NCBI GenBank assembly: GCA_964016885.1
Contig: OZ024744.1
Location: 121,210,001-121,274,000 of the forward strand
Direction: 5' to 3'
From: Eledone cirrhosa
Taxonomy: Eukaryota
DNA: 64,000 nucleotides
The notes under the pieces: generated by a model
What the model was told of the DNA's origin: nothing
Seen by the model: the letters and a program-made list of their open reading frames with translations, nothing else
Databases searched by the model: none
Position numbers and translations under genes: made by a program
Shown: in pieces, positions 39,270 through 51,200 of the stretch
Position numbering within the stretch: position 1 is the stretch's first letter
Layout: every line of letters starts with the position of its first letter

Positions 39270-42200
39270 GTTGTGAAGAGAGATAGTGTGAGATGGTTGG
39301 GTCATCTGTTGAGAAAGGATTAAAGTGACTGGGTGAGAGGAATAGAGGTAGTGATGAATGTTGTGAAGAGAGATAGTGTGGGACGGTTGGGTCATGTGTT
39401 GAGAAAGTATGAAAGTGACTGGGTGAGAGGAATCAGAGGTAGTGATGGATGTTGTGAAGAGAGATAGTGTGAGATGGTTGGGTCATGTGTTGAGGAAGGA
39501 TAAAAGTGACTGGGTGAGAGGAATAGAGGTAGTGATGGATGTTGTGAAGAGAGACAGTGTGAGATGGTTGGGTCATGTGTTGAGTAAGGATAAAAGTGAC
39601 TGGGTGAGAGGAATAGAGGTAGTGACGGATGTTGTGAAGCGAGATAGTGTGAGATGGTTGGGTCATGTGTTGAGGACGGAAAAAGGTGACTGGGTGAGAG
39701 GAATAGAGGTAGTGATGGATGTTGTGAAGAGAGATAGTGTGAGATGGTTGGGTCATGTGTTGAGGAAGGATAAAAGTGAGTGGGTGAGAGGAATAGAGGT
39801 AGTGATGGATGTTGTGAAGAGAGATAGTGTGAGATGGTTGGGTCATGTGTTGAGGAAGGATAAAAGTGAGTGGGTGAGAGGAATAGAGGTAGTGATGGAT
39901 GTTGTGAAGAGAGATAGTGTGAGATGGTTGGGTCATGTGTTGAGGAAGGTTGAATGTGAATGGGTGAGAGGAACAGAGGTAGTGATGGATGTTGCGAAGA
40001 GAGATAGTGTGAGATGGTTGGGTCATGTCTTGAGGAAGGATAAAAGTGACTGTGTGAGAGGAATAGAGGTTTTGATGGATGTTGTGAAGAGAGATAGTGT
40101 GAGATGGTTGGGTCATGTGTTGAGGAAGGATAAAAGTGACTGGGTGAGAGGAATAGAGGTAGTGATGGATGTTGCGAAGAGAGATAGTGTGAGATGGTTG
40201 GGACATGTGTTGAGGAAGGATAAAAGTGACTGGGTGAGAGGAATAGAGGTTTTGATGGATGTTGTGAAGAGAGATAGTGTGAGATGGTTAGCTCATGTGT
40301 TGAGGAAGGATAAAAGTGACTGGGTGAGAGGAATAGAGGTTGTGATGGATGTTGTGAAGAGAGATAGTATGAGATGGTTGAGTCATGTGTTGAGGAAGTA
40401 TGAAAGTGACTGGGTGAGAGGAATAGAGGTAGTGATAGATGTTGTGAAGACAGATAGTGTGAGATGGATGGGTCATGTGTTAAGGAAGGATAAAAGTGAC
40501 TGGGTGAGAGGAATAGAGGTGGAGATGGATGTTGTGAAGAGAGATAGTGTGAGATGGTTGGGTCATGTGTTGAGGAAGTATGAAAGTGACTGGGTGAGAG
40601 GAATAGAGGTAGTGATGGATGTTGTGAAGAGAGATAGTGTGAGATGGTTGGGTCATGTGTTGAGAAAGGATTAAAGTGACTGGGTGAGAGGAATAGAGGT
40701 AGTGATGGATGTTGTGAAGAGAGATAGTGTGAGATGGTTGGGTCATGTGTTGAGAAAGGATTAAAGTGACTGGGTGAGAGGAATAGAGGTAGTGATGGAT
40801 GTTGTGAAGAGAGATAGTATGAGATGGTTGGGTCATGTGTTGAGGAAGGATAAAAGTGACTGGGTGAGAGGAATAGTGGTAGTGATGGATGTTGTAAAGG
40901 GAGATAGTGTGAGATGGTTGGGTCTTGTGTTGAGGAAGTATAAAAGTGACTGGGTGAGAGGAATAGAGGTAGTGATGGATGTTGTGAAGAGAGATAGTGT
41001 GAGATGGTTGGGTCCTGTGTTGAGGAAGGATGAAAGTGACTAGGTGAGAGGAACAGAGGTAGTGATGGATGTTGTGAAGAGAGATAGTGTGAGATGGTTG
41101 GATCATGTGTTGAAGAAGGTTAAAAGTGACTGGGTGAGTGGAATAGAGGTAGTGATGAATGTTGTGAAGAGAGATAGTGTGGGACGGTTGGGTCATGTGT
41201 TGAGGAAGTATGAAAGTGACTGGGTGAGAGGAATCAGAGGTAGTGATGGATGTTGTGAAGAGAGATAGTGTGAGATGGTTGGGTCATGTGTTGAGGAAGG
41301 ATAAAAGTGACTGGGTGAGAGGAATAGAGGTAGTGATGGATGTTGTGAAGAGAGATAGTGTGAGATGGTTGGGTCATGTGTTCAGTAAGGATAAAAGTGA
41401 CTGGGTGAGAGGAATAGAGGTAGTGACGGATGTTGTGAAGAGAGATAGTGTGAGATGGTTGGGTCATGTGTTGAGGAAGGATAAAGGTGACTGGGTGAGA
41501 GGAATAGAGGTAGTGATGGATGTTGTGAAGAGAGATAGTGTGAGATGGTTGGGTCATGTGTTGAGGAAGGATAAAAGTGAGTGGGTGAGAGGAATAGAGG
41601 TAGTGATAGATGTTGTGAAGAGATAGTGTGAGATGGTTGGGTCATGTGTTGAGGAAGGATAAAAGTGAGTGGATGAGAGGAATAGAGGTAGTGATGGATG
41701 TTGTGAAGAGAGATAGTGTGAGATGGTTGGGTCATGTGTTGAGGAAGGTTGAATGTGAATGGGTGAGAGGAACAGAGGTAGTGATGGATGTTGCGAAGAG
41801 AGATAGTGTGAGATGGTTGGGTCATGTCTTGAGGAAGGATAAAAGTGACTGGGTGAGAGGAATAGAGGTTTTGATGGATGTTGTGAAGAGAGATAGTATG
41901 AGATGGTTGGGTCATGTGTTGAGGAAGTATGAAAGTGACTGAGTGAGAGGAATAGAGGTAGTGATAGATGTTGTGAAGACAGATAGTGTGAGATGGTTGG
42001 GTCATGTGTTGAGGAAGGATAAAAGTGACTGGGTGAGAGGAATAGAGATGGACATGGATGTTGTGAAGAGAGATAGTGTGAGATGGTTGGGTCATGTGTT
42101 GAGGAAGTAAGAAAGTGACTGGGTGAGAGGAATAGAGGTAGTGATGGATGTTGTGAAGAGAGATAGTGTGAGATCGTTGGGTCATGTGTTGAGGAAGGTT

Positions 42201-45200
42201 GAATGTGAATGGGTGAGAGGAATAGAGGTTTTGATGGATGTTGTGAAGAGAGATAGTGTGAGATGGTTAGCTCATGTGTTGAGGAAGGATAAAAGTGACT
42301 GGGTGAGAGGAATAGAGGTAGTGATGGATGTTGCGAAGAGAGATAGTGTGAGACGGTTGGGTCATGTGTTGAGGAAGGATAAAAGTGACTGGGTGAGAGG
42401 AATAGAGGTTTTGATGGATGTTGTGAAGAGAGATAGTGTGAGATGGTTAGCTCATGTGTTGAGGAAGGATAAAAGTGACTGGGTGAGAGGAATAGAGGTA
42501 GTGATGGATGTTGCGAAGAGAGATAGTTTGAGATGGTTGGGTCATGTGTTGAGGAAGGATAAAAGTGACTGGGTGAGAGGAATAGAGGTTTTGATGGATG
42601 TTGTGAAGAGAGATAGTGTGAGATGGTTAGCTCATGTGTTGAGGAAGGATAAAAGTGACTGGGTGAGAGGAATAGAGGTTGTGATGGATGTTGTGAAGAG
42701 AGATAGTATGAGATGGTTGGGTCATGTGTTGAGGAATTATGAAAGTGACTGGGTGAGAGGAATAGAGGTGGAGATGGATGTTGTGAAGAGAGATAGTGTG
42801 AGATGGTTGGGTCATGTGTTGAGGAAGTATGAAAGTGACTGGGTGAGAGGAATAGAGGTAGTGATTGATGTTGTGAAGAGAGATAGTGTGAGATGGTTGG
42901 GTCATGTGTTGAGGAAGGATAAAAGTGACTGGGTGAGAGGAATAGAGGTGGAGATGGATGTTGTGAAGACAGATAGTGTGAGATGGTTGGGTCATGTGTT
43001 GAGGAAGTATGAAAGTGACTGGGTGAGAGGAATAGAGGTAGTGATGGATGTTGTGAAGAGAGATAGTGTGAGATGGTTGGGTCATGTGTTGAGAAAGGAT
43101 TAAAGTGACTGTGTGAGAGGAATAGAAGTAGTGATGGATGTTGTGAAGAGAGATAGTGTGAGATGGTTGGGTCATCTGTTGAGAAAGGATTAAAGTGACT
43201 GGGTGAGAGGAATAGAGGTAGTGATGAATGTTGTGAAGAGAGATAGTGTGGGACGGTTGGGTCATGTGTTGAGAAAGTATGAAAGTGACTGGGTGAGAGG
43301 AATCAGAGGTAGTGATGGATGTTGTGAAGAGAGATAGTGTGAGATGGTTGGGTCATGTGTTGAGGAAGGATAAAAGTGACTGGGTGAGAGGAATAGAGGT
43401 AGTGATGGATGTTGTGAAGAGAGACAGTGTGAGATGGTTGGGTCATGTGTTGAGTAAGGATAAAAGTGACTGGGTGAGAGGAATAGAGGTAGTGACGGAT
43501 GTTGTGAAGCGAGATAGTGTGAGATGGTTGGGTCATGTGTTGAGGACGGAAAAAGGTGACTGGGTGAGAGGAATAGAGGTAGTGATGGATGTTGTGAAGA
43601 GAGATAGTGTGAGATGGTTGGGTCATGTGTTGAGGAAGGATAAAAGTGAGTGGGTGAGAGGAATAGAGGTAGTGATGGATGTTGTGAAGAGAGATAGTGT
43701 GAGATGGTTGGGTCATGTGTTGAGGAAGGATAAAAGTGAGTGGGTGAGAGGAATAGAGGTAGTGATGGATGTTGTGAAGAGAGATAGTGTGAGATGGTTG
43801 GGTCATGTGTTGAGGAAGGTTGAATGTGAATGGGTGAGAGGAACAGAGGTAGTGATGGATGTTGCGAAGAGAGATAGTGTGAGATGGTTGGGTCATGTCT
43901 TGAGGAAGGATAAAAGTGACTGTGTGAGAGGAATAGAGGTTTTGATGGATGTTGTGAAGAGAGATAGTGTGAGATGGTTGGGTCATGTGTTGAGGAAGGA
44001 TAAAAGTGACTGGGTGAGAGGAATAGAGGTAGTGATGGATGTTGCGAAGAGAGATAGTGTGAGATGGTTGGGACATGTGTTGAGGAAGGATAAAAGTGAC
44101 TGGGTGAGAGGAATAGAGGTTTTGATGGATGTTGTGAAGAGAGATAGTGTGAGATGGTTAGCTCATGTGTTGAGGAAGGATAAAAGTGACTGGGTGAGAG
44201 GAATAGAGGTTGTGATGGATGTTGTGAAGAGAGATAGTATGAGATGGTTGAGTCATGTGTTGAGGAAGTATGAAAGTGACTGGGTGAGAGGAATAGAGGT
44301 AGTGATAGATGTTGTGAAGACAGATAGTGTGAGATGGATGGGTCATGTGTTAAGGAAGGATAAAAGTGACTGGGTGAGAGGAATAGAGGTGGAGATGGAT
44401 GTTGTGAAGAGAGATAGTGTGAGATGGTTGGGTCATGTGTTGAGGAAGTATGAAAGTGACTGGGTGAGAGGAATAGAGGTAGTGATGGATGTTGTGAAGA
44501 GAGATAGTGTGAGATGGTTGGGTCATGTGTTGAGAAAGGATTAAAGTGACTGGGTGAGAGGAATAGAGGTAGTGATGGATGTTGTGAAGAGAGATAGTGT
44601 GAGATGGTTGGGTCATGTGTTGAGAAAGGATTAAAGTGACTGGGTGAGAGGAATAGAGGTAGTGATGGATGTTGTGAAGAGAGATAGTATGAGATGGTTG
44701 GGTCATGTGTTGAGGAAGGATAAAAGTGACTGGGTGAGAGGAATAGTGGTAGTGATGGATGTTGTAAAGGGAGATAGTGTGAGATGGTTGGGTCTTGTGT
44801 TGAGGAAGTATAAAAGTGACTGGGTGAGAGGAATAGAGGTAGTGATGGATGTTGTGAAGAGAGATAGTGTGAGATGGTTGGGTCCTGTGTTGAGGAAGGA
44901 TGAAAGTGACTAGGTGAGAGGAACAGAGGTAGTGATGGATGTTGTGAAGAGAGATAGTGTGAGATGGTTGGATCATGTGTTGAAGAAGGTTAAAAGTGAC
45001 TGGGTGAGTGGAATAGAGGTAGTGATGAATGTTGTGAAGAGAGATAGTGTGGGACGGTTGGGTCATGTGTTGAGGAAGTATGAAAGTGACTGGGTGAGAG
45101 GAATCAGAGGTAGTGATGGATGTTGTGAAGAGAGATAGTGTGAGATGGTTGGGTCATGTGTTGAGGAAGGATAAAAGTGACTGGGTGAGAGGAATAGAGG

Positions 45201-47030
45201 TAGTGATGAATGTTGTGAAGAGAGATAGTGTGAGATGGTTGGGTCATGTGTTCAGTAAGGATAAAAGTGACTGGGTGAGAGGAATAGAGGTAGTGACGGA
45301 TGTTGTGAAGAGAGATAGTGTGAGATGGTTGGGTCATGTGTTGAGGAAGGATAAAGGTGACTGGGTGAGAGGAATAGAGGTAGTGATGGATGTTGTGAAG
45401 AGAGATAGTGTGAGATGGTTGGGTCATGTGTTGAGGAAGGATAAAAGTGAGTGGGTGAGAGGAATAGAGGTAGTGATAGATGTTGTGAAGAGAGATAGTG
45501 TGAGATGGTTGGGTCATGTGTTGAGGAAGGATAAAAGTGAGTGGATGAGAGGAATAGAGGTAGTGTTGGATGTTGTGAAGAGAGATAGTGTGAGATGGTT
45601 GGGTCATGTGTTGAGGAAGGTTGAATGTAAATGGGTGAGAGGAACAGAGGTAGTGATGGATGTTGCGAAGAGAGATAGTGTGAGATGGTTGGGTCATGTC
45701 TTGAGGAAGGATAAAAGTGACTGGGTGAGAGGAATAGAGGTTTTGATGGATGTTGTGAAGAGAGATAGTATGAGATGGTTGGGTCATGTGTTGAGGAAGT
45801 ATGAAAGTGACTGAGTGAGAGGAATAGAGGTAGTGATAGATGTTGTGAAGACAGATAGTGTGAGATGGTTGGGTCATGTGTTGAGGAAGGATAAAAGTGA
45901 CTGGGTGAGAGGAATAGAGATGGACATGGATGTTGTGAAGAGAGATAGTGTGAGATGGTTGGGTCATGTGTTGAGGAAGTAAGAAAGTGACTGGGTGAGA
46001 GGAATAGAGGTAGTGATGGATGTTGTGAAGAGAGATAGTGTGAGATCGTTGGGTCATGTGTTGAGGAAGGTTGAATGTGAATGGGTGAGAGGAATAGAGG
46101 TTTTGATGGATGTTGTGAAGAGAGATAGTGTGAGATGGTTAGCTCATGTGTTGAGGAAGGATAAAAGTGACTGGGTGAGAGGAATAGAGGTAGTGATGGA
46201 TGTTGCGAAGAGAGATAGTGTGAGACGGTTGGGTCATGTGTTGAGGAAGGATAAAAGTGACTGGGTGAGAGGAATAGAGGTTTTGATGGATGTTGTGAAG
46301 AGAGATAGTGTGAGATGGTTAGCTCATGTGTTGAGGAAGGATAAAAGTGACTGGGTGAGAGGAATAGAGGTAGTGATGGATGTTGCGAAGAGAGATAGTT
46401 TGAGATGGTTGGGTCATGTGTTGAGGAAGGATAAAAGTGACTGGGTGAGAGGAATAGAGGTTTTGATGGATGTTGTGAAGAGAGATAGTGTGAGATGGTT
46501 AGCTCATGTGTTGAGGAAGGATAAAAGTGACTGGGTGAGAGGAATAGAGGTTGTGATGGATGTTGTGAAGAGAGATAGTATGAGATGGTTGGGTCATGTG
46601 TTGAGGAATTATGAAAGTGACTGGGTGAGAGGAATAGAGGTGGAGATGGATGTTGTGAAGAGAGATAGTGTGAGATGGTTGGGTCATGTGTTGAGGAAGT
46701 ATGAAAGTGACTGGGTGAGAGGAATAGAGGTAGTGATGGATGTTGTGAAGAGAGATAGTGTGAGATGGTTGGGTAATGTGTTGAGGAAGGATAAAAGTGA
46801 CTGGGTGAGAGGAATAGAGGTGGAGATGGATGTTGTGAAGACAGATAGTGTGAGATGGTTGGGTCATGTGTTGAGGAAGTATGAAAGTGACTGGGTGAGA
46901 GGAATAGAGGTAGTGATGGATGTTGTGAAGAGAGATAGTGTGAGATGGTTGGGTCATGTGTTGAGAAAGGATTAAAGTGACTGTGTGAGAGGAATAGAAG
47001 TAGTGATGGATGTTGTGAAGAGAGATAGTG
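39270..47030 (+). repeat. Tandem higher-order duplication, period 3870-3872 bp (43 monomers)
   Basis: ORF pairs 39442/43312, 40774/44644, 41044/44914, 41243/45113 (offset 3870) and 42123/45995 (3872, after a 2-nt deletion at ~41620 in the first copy); shared rare alleles 'gagacagtgt', 'agatggacatgg', 'agatcgttgg'. Confidence 0.92.
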
Positions 47031-48200
47031 TGAGATGGTTGGGTCATGTGTTGAGAAAGGATTAAAGTGACTGGGTGAGAGGAATAGAGGTAGTGATGGA
47101 TGTTGTGAAGAGAGATAGTATGAGATGGTTGGGTCATGTGTTGAGGAAGGATAAAAGTGACTGGGTGAGAGGAATAGTGGTAGTGATGGATGTTGTAAAG
47201 GGAGATAGTGTGAGATGGTTGGGTCTTGTGTTGAGGAAGTATAAAAGTGACTGGGTGAGAGGAATAGAGGTAGTGATGGATGTTGTGAAGAGAGATAGTG
47301 TGAGATGGTTGGGTCCTGTGTTGAGGAAGGATGAAAGTGACTAGGTGAGAGGAACAGAGGTAGTGATGGATGTTGTGAAGAGAGATAGTGTGAGATGGTT
47401 GGATCATGTGTTGAAGAAGGTTAAAAGTGACTGGGTGAGTGGAATAGAGGTAGTGATGAATGTTGTGAAGAGAGATAGTGTGGGACGGTTGGGTCATGTG
47501 TTGAGGAAGTATGAAAGTGACTGGGTGAGAGGAATCAGAGGTAGTGATGGATGTTGTGAAGAGAGATAGTGTGAGATGGTTGGGTCATGTGTTGAGGAAG
47601 GATAAAAGTGACTGGGTGAGAGGAATAGAGGTAGTGATGGATGTTGTGAAGAGAGATAGTGTGAGATGGTTGGGTCATGTGTTCAGTGAGGATAAAAGTG
47701 ACTGGGTGAGAGGAATAGAGGTAGTGACGGATGTTGTGAAGAGAGATAGTGTGAGATGGTTGGGTCATGTGTTGAGGAAGGATAAAGGTGACTGGGTGAG
47801 AGGAATAGAGGTAGTGATGGATGTTGTGAAGTGAGATAGTGTGAGATGGTTGGGTCATGTGTTGAGGAAGGATAAAAGTGAGTGGGTGAGAGGAATAGAG
47901 GTAGTGATAGATGTTGTGAAGAGAGATAGTGTGAGATGGTTGGGTCATGTGTTGAGGAAGGATAAAAGTGAGTGGATGAGAGGAATAGAGGTAGTGATGG
48001 ATGTTGTGAAGAGAGATAGTGTGAGATGGTTGGGTCATGTGTTGAGGAAGGTTGAATGTGAATGGGTGTGAGGAACAGAGGTAGTGATGGATGTTGCGAA
48101 GAGAGATAGTGTGAGATGGTTGGGTCATGTCTTGAGGAAGGATAAAAGTGACTGGGTGAGAGGAATAGAGGTTTTGATGGATGTTGTGAAGAGAGATAGT
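47030..48200 (+). repeat. Partial third copy of the ~40730-41900 / ~44600-45770 segment (offset 2431 bp from the second copy)
   Basis: ORF pairs 44644/47075, 44914/47345, 45113/47544 are offset by 2431; shared alleles 'ggtcttgtg', 'gactaggtg', 'gttcagt'. Confidence 0.85.
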
Positions 48201-51200
48201 GTGAGATGGTTAGCTCATGTGTTGAGGAAGGATAAAAGTGACTGGGTGAGAGGAATAGAGGTTGTGATGGATGTTGTGAAGAGAGATAGTGTGAGATGGT
48301 TGGGTCATGTGTTGAGGAAGGATAAAAGTGACTGGGTGAGAGGAATAGAGGTAGTGATGGATGTTGTGAAGAGAGATAGTGTGAGATGGTTGGGTCATGT
48401 GTTGAGGCAGGATAAACGTGAGTGGATGAGAGGAATAGTGGTAGTGATGGATGTTGTAAAGGGAGATAGTGTGAGATGGTTGGGTCATGTGTTGAGGAAG
48501 GATAAAAGTGACTGGCTGAGAGGAATGGAGGTAGTGATGGATGTTGTGAAGAGAGATACTGTGGGATGGTTGGGTCATGTGTTGAGGAAGTATGACAATG
48601 ACTGGGTGAGGGAATAGAGGTAGTGATGGATGTTGTGAAGAGAGATAGTGTGAGATGATTGGGTCATGTGTTGAGGAAGGTTAAAAGTGACTGGGTGAGA
48701 GGAATAGAGGTAGTGATGGATGTTGTGAAGAGAGATAGTGTGAGATGGTTGGGTCATGTGTTGAGGAAGGTTAAAAGTGACTGGGTGAGAGGAACAGAGG
48801 TAGTGATGGATGTTGTGAAGAGAGATAGTGTGAGATGGTTGGGTCATGTGTTGAGGAAGTATGAAAGTGACTGGGTGAGAGGAATAGAGGTAGTGATGGA
48901 TGTTGTGAAGAGAGATAGTGTGAGATGGTTGGGTCATGTGTTGAGGAAGTATGAAAGTGACTGGGTGAGAGGAATAGAGCTAGTGATGGATGTTGTGAAG
49001 AGAGATAGTTTGAGATGGTTGGGTCATGTGTTGAGGAAGGATAAAAGTGAGTGGGTGAGAGGAATAGAGGTAATGATGGATGTTGTGAAGAGAGATAGTG
49101 TGGGATGGTTGGGTCATGTGTTGAGGAAGGTTAAATGTGAATGGGTGAGAGGAACAGAGGTAGTGATCGATGTTGCGAAGAGAGATAGTGTGAGATGGTT
49201 GGGTCATGTGTTGAGGAATGTTAAAAGCGACTGGGTGAGAGGAATAGAGTTAGTGATGGATGTTGCGAAGAGAGATAGTGTGAGATGGTTGGGTCATGTG
49301 TTGAGGAAGTATGAAAGCGACTGGGTGAGAGGAATAGAGGTAGTGATGGATGTTGTGAAGAGAGATAGTGTGAGATGGTTGGGTCATGTGTTGAGGAAGT
49401 ATGAAAGTGACTGGGTGAGAGGAATAGAGGTAGTGATGGATGTTGTGAAGAGAGATAGTGTGAGATGGTTGGGTCATGTGTTGAGGAAGGATAAAAGTGA
49501 CTGGGTGAGAGGAATAGTGGTAGTGATGGATGTTGTGAAGAGAGATAGTGTGAGATGGTTGGGTCATGTGTTGAGGAAGGTTGAATGTGAATGGGTGAGA
49601 GGAACAGAGGTAGTGATCGATGTTGCGAAGAGAGATAGTGTGAGATGGTTGGGTCATGTGTTGAGGAATGTTAAAAGCGACTGGGTGAGAGGAATAGAGT
49701 TAGTGATGGATGTTGCGTAGAGAGATAGTGTGAGATGGTTGGGTCATGTGTTGAGGAAGGATAAAAGTGAGTGGGTGAGAGGAATAGAGGTAATGATGGA
49801 TGTTGTGAAGAGAGATAGTGTGAGATGGTTGGGTCATGTGTTGAGGAAGGTTGAATGTGAATGGGTGAGAGGAACAGAGGTAGTGATCGATGTTGCGAAG
49901 AGAGATAGTGTGAGATGGTTGGGTCATGTGTTGAGGAATGTTAAAAGCGACTGGGTGAGAGGAATAGAGTTAGTGATGGATGTTGCGAAGAGAGATAGTG
50001 TGAGATGGTTGGGTCATGTGTTGAGGAAGTATGAAAGCGACTGGGTGAGAGGAATAGAGGTAGTGATAGATGTTGTGAAGACAGATTGTGTGAGATGGTT
50101 GGGTCACGTGTTGAGGAAGGATAAAAGTGACTGGGTGAGAGGAATAGAGGTAGAGATGGATGTTGTGAAGAGAGATAGTGTGAGATGGTTGGGTCATGTG
50201 TTGAGGAAGTATGAAAGTGACTGGGTGAGAGGAATAGAGGTAGTGATGGATGTTGTGAAGAGAGATAGTGTGAGATGGTTGGGTCATGTGTTGAGGAAGG
50301 ATAAAAGTGACTGGGTGAGAGGAATAGTGGTAGTGATGGATGTTGTAAAGGGAGATAGTGTGAGATGGTTGGGTCATGTGTTGAGGAAGTATGAAAGTGA
50401 CTGGGTGAGAGGAATAGAGGTAGTGATAGATGTTGTGAAGAGAGATAGTTTGAGATGGTTGGGTCATGTGTTGAGGAAGTATGAAAGTGACTGGGTGAGA
50501 GGAATAGTGGTAGAGATGGATGTTGTGAAGAGAGATAGTGTGAGATGGTTCGGTCATGTGTTGAGGAGGGATAAAATTGATTGGGTGAGAGGAATAAAGG
50601 TAGTGATGGATGTTGTGAAGAGAGATAGTGTGAGATGGTTGGGTCATGTGTTGAGAAAGGAATAAAGTGACTGGGTGAGAGGAATAGAGGTAGTAATGGA
50701 TGTTGTGAAGAGAGATAGTGTGAGATGGTTGGGTCATGTGTTGTGGAAGGATAAAAGTGACTGGGTGAGAGGAATAGTGGTAGTGATGGATGTTGTAAAG
50801 GTAGATAGTGTGAGATGGTTTGGTCATGTGTTGAGGAAGTATAAAAGTGACTGGGTGAGAGGAATAGAGGTAGTGATGGATGTTGTGAAGAGAGATAGTG
50901 TGAGATGGTTGGGTCCTGTGTTGAGGAAGGATGAAAGTGACTGGGTGAGAGGAACAGAGGTAGTGATGGATGTTGTGAAGAGAGATAGTGTGAGATGGTT
51001 GGGTCATGTGTTGAAGAAGGTTAAAAGTGACTGGGTGAGTGGAATAGAGGTAGTGATGGATGTTGTGAAGAGAGATAGTGTGGGACGGTAGGGTCATGTG
51101 TTGAGGAAGTATGAAAGTGACTGGGTGAGAGGAATCAGAGGTAGTGATGGATGTTGTGAAGAGAGATAGTGTGAGATGGTTGGGTCATGTGTTGAGGAAG

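Noticed and set aside
49005-50560. Variants that look closer to the LINE consensus (SLRW at ~49010 and ~50450, WFGH at ~50550; DRVRW and RGSVRW elsewhere) as retained ancestral states
   Set aside because: Each is a single-base change from the satellite consensus and they do not co-occur in one monomer, so chance is sufficient without the parent element for comparison.
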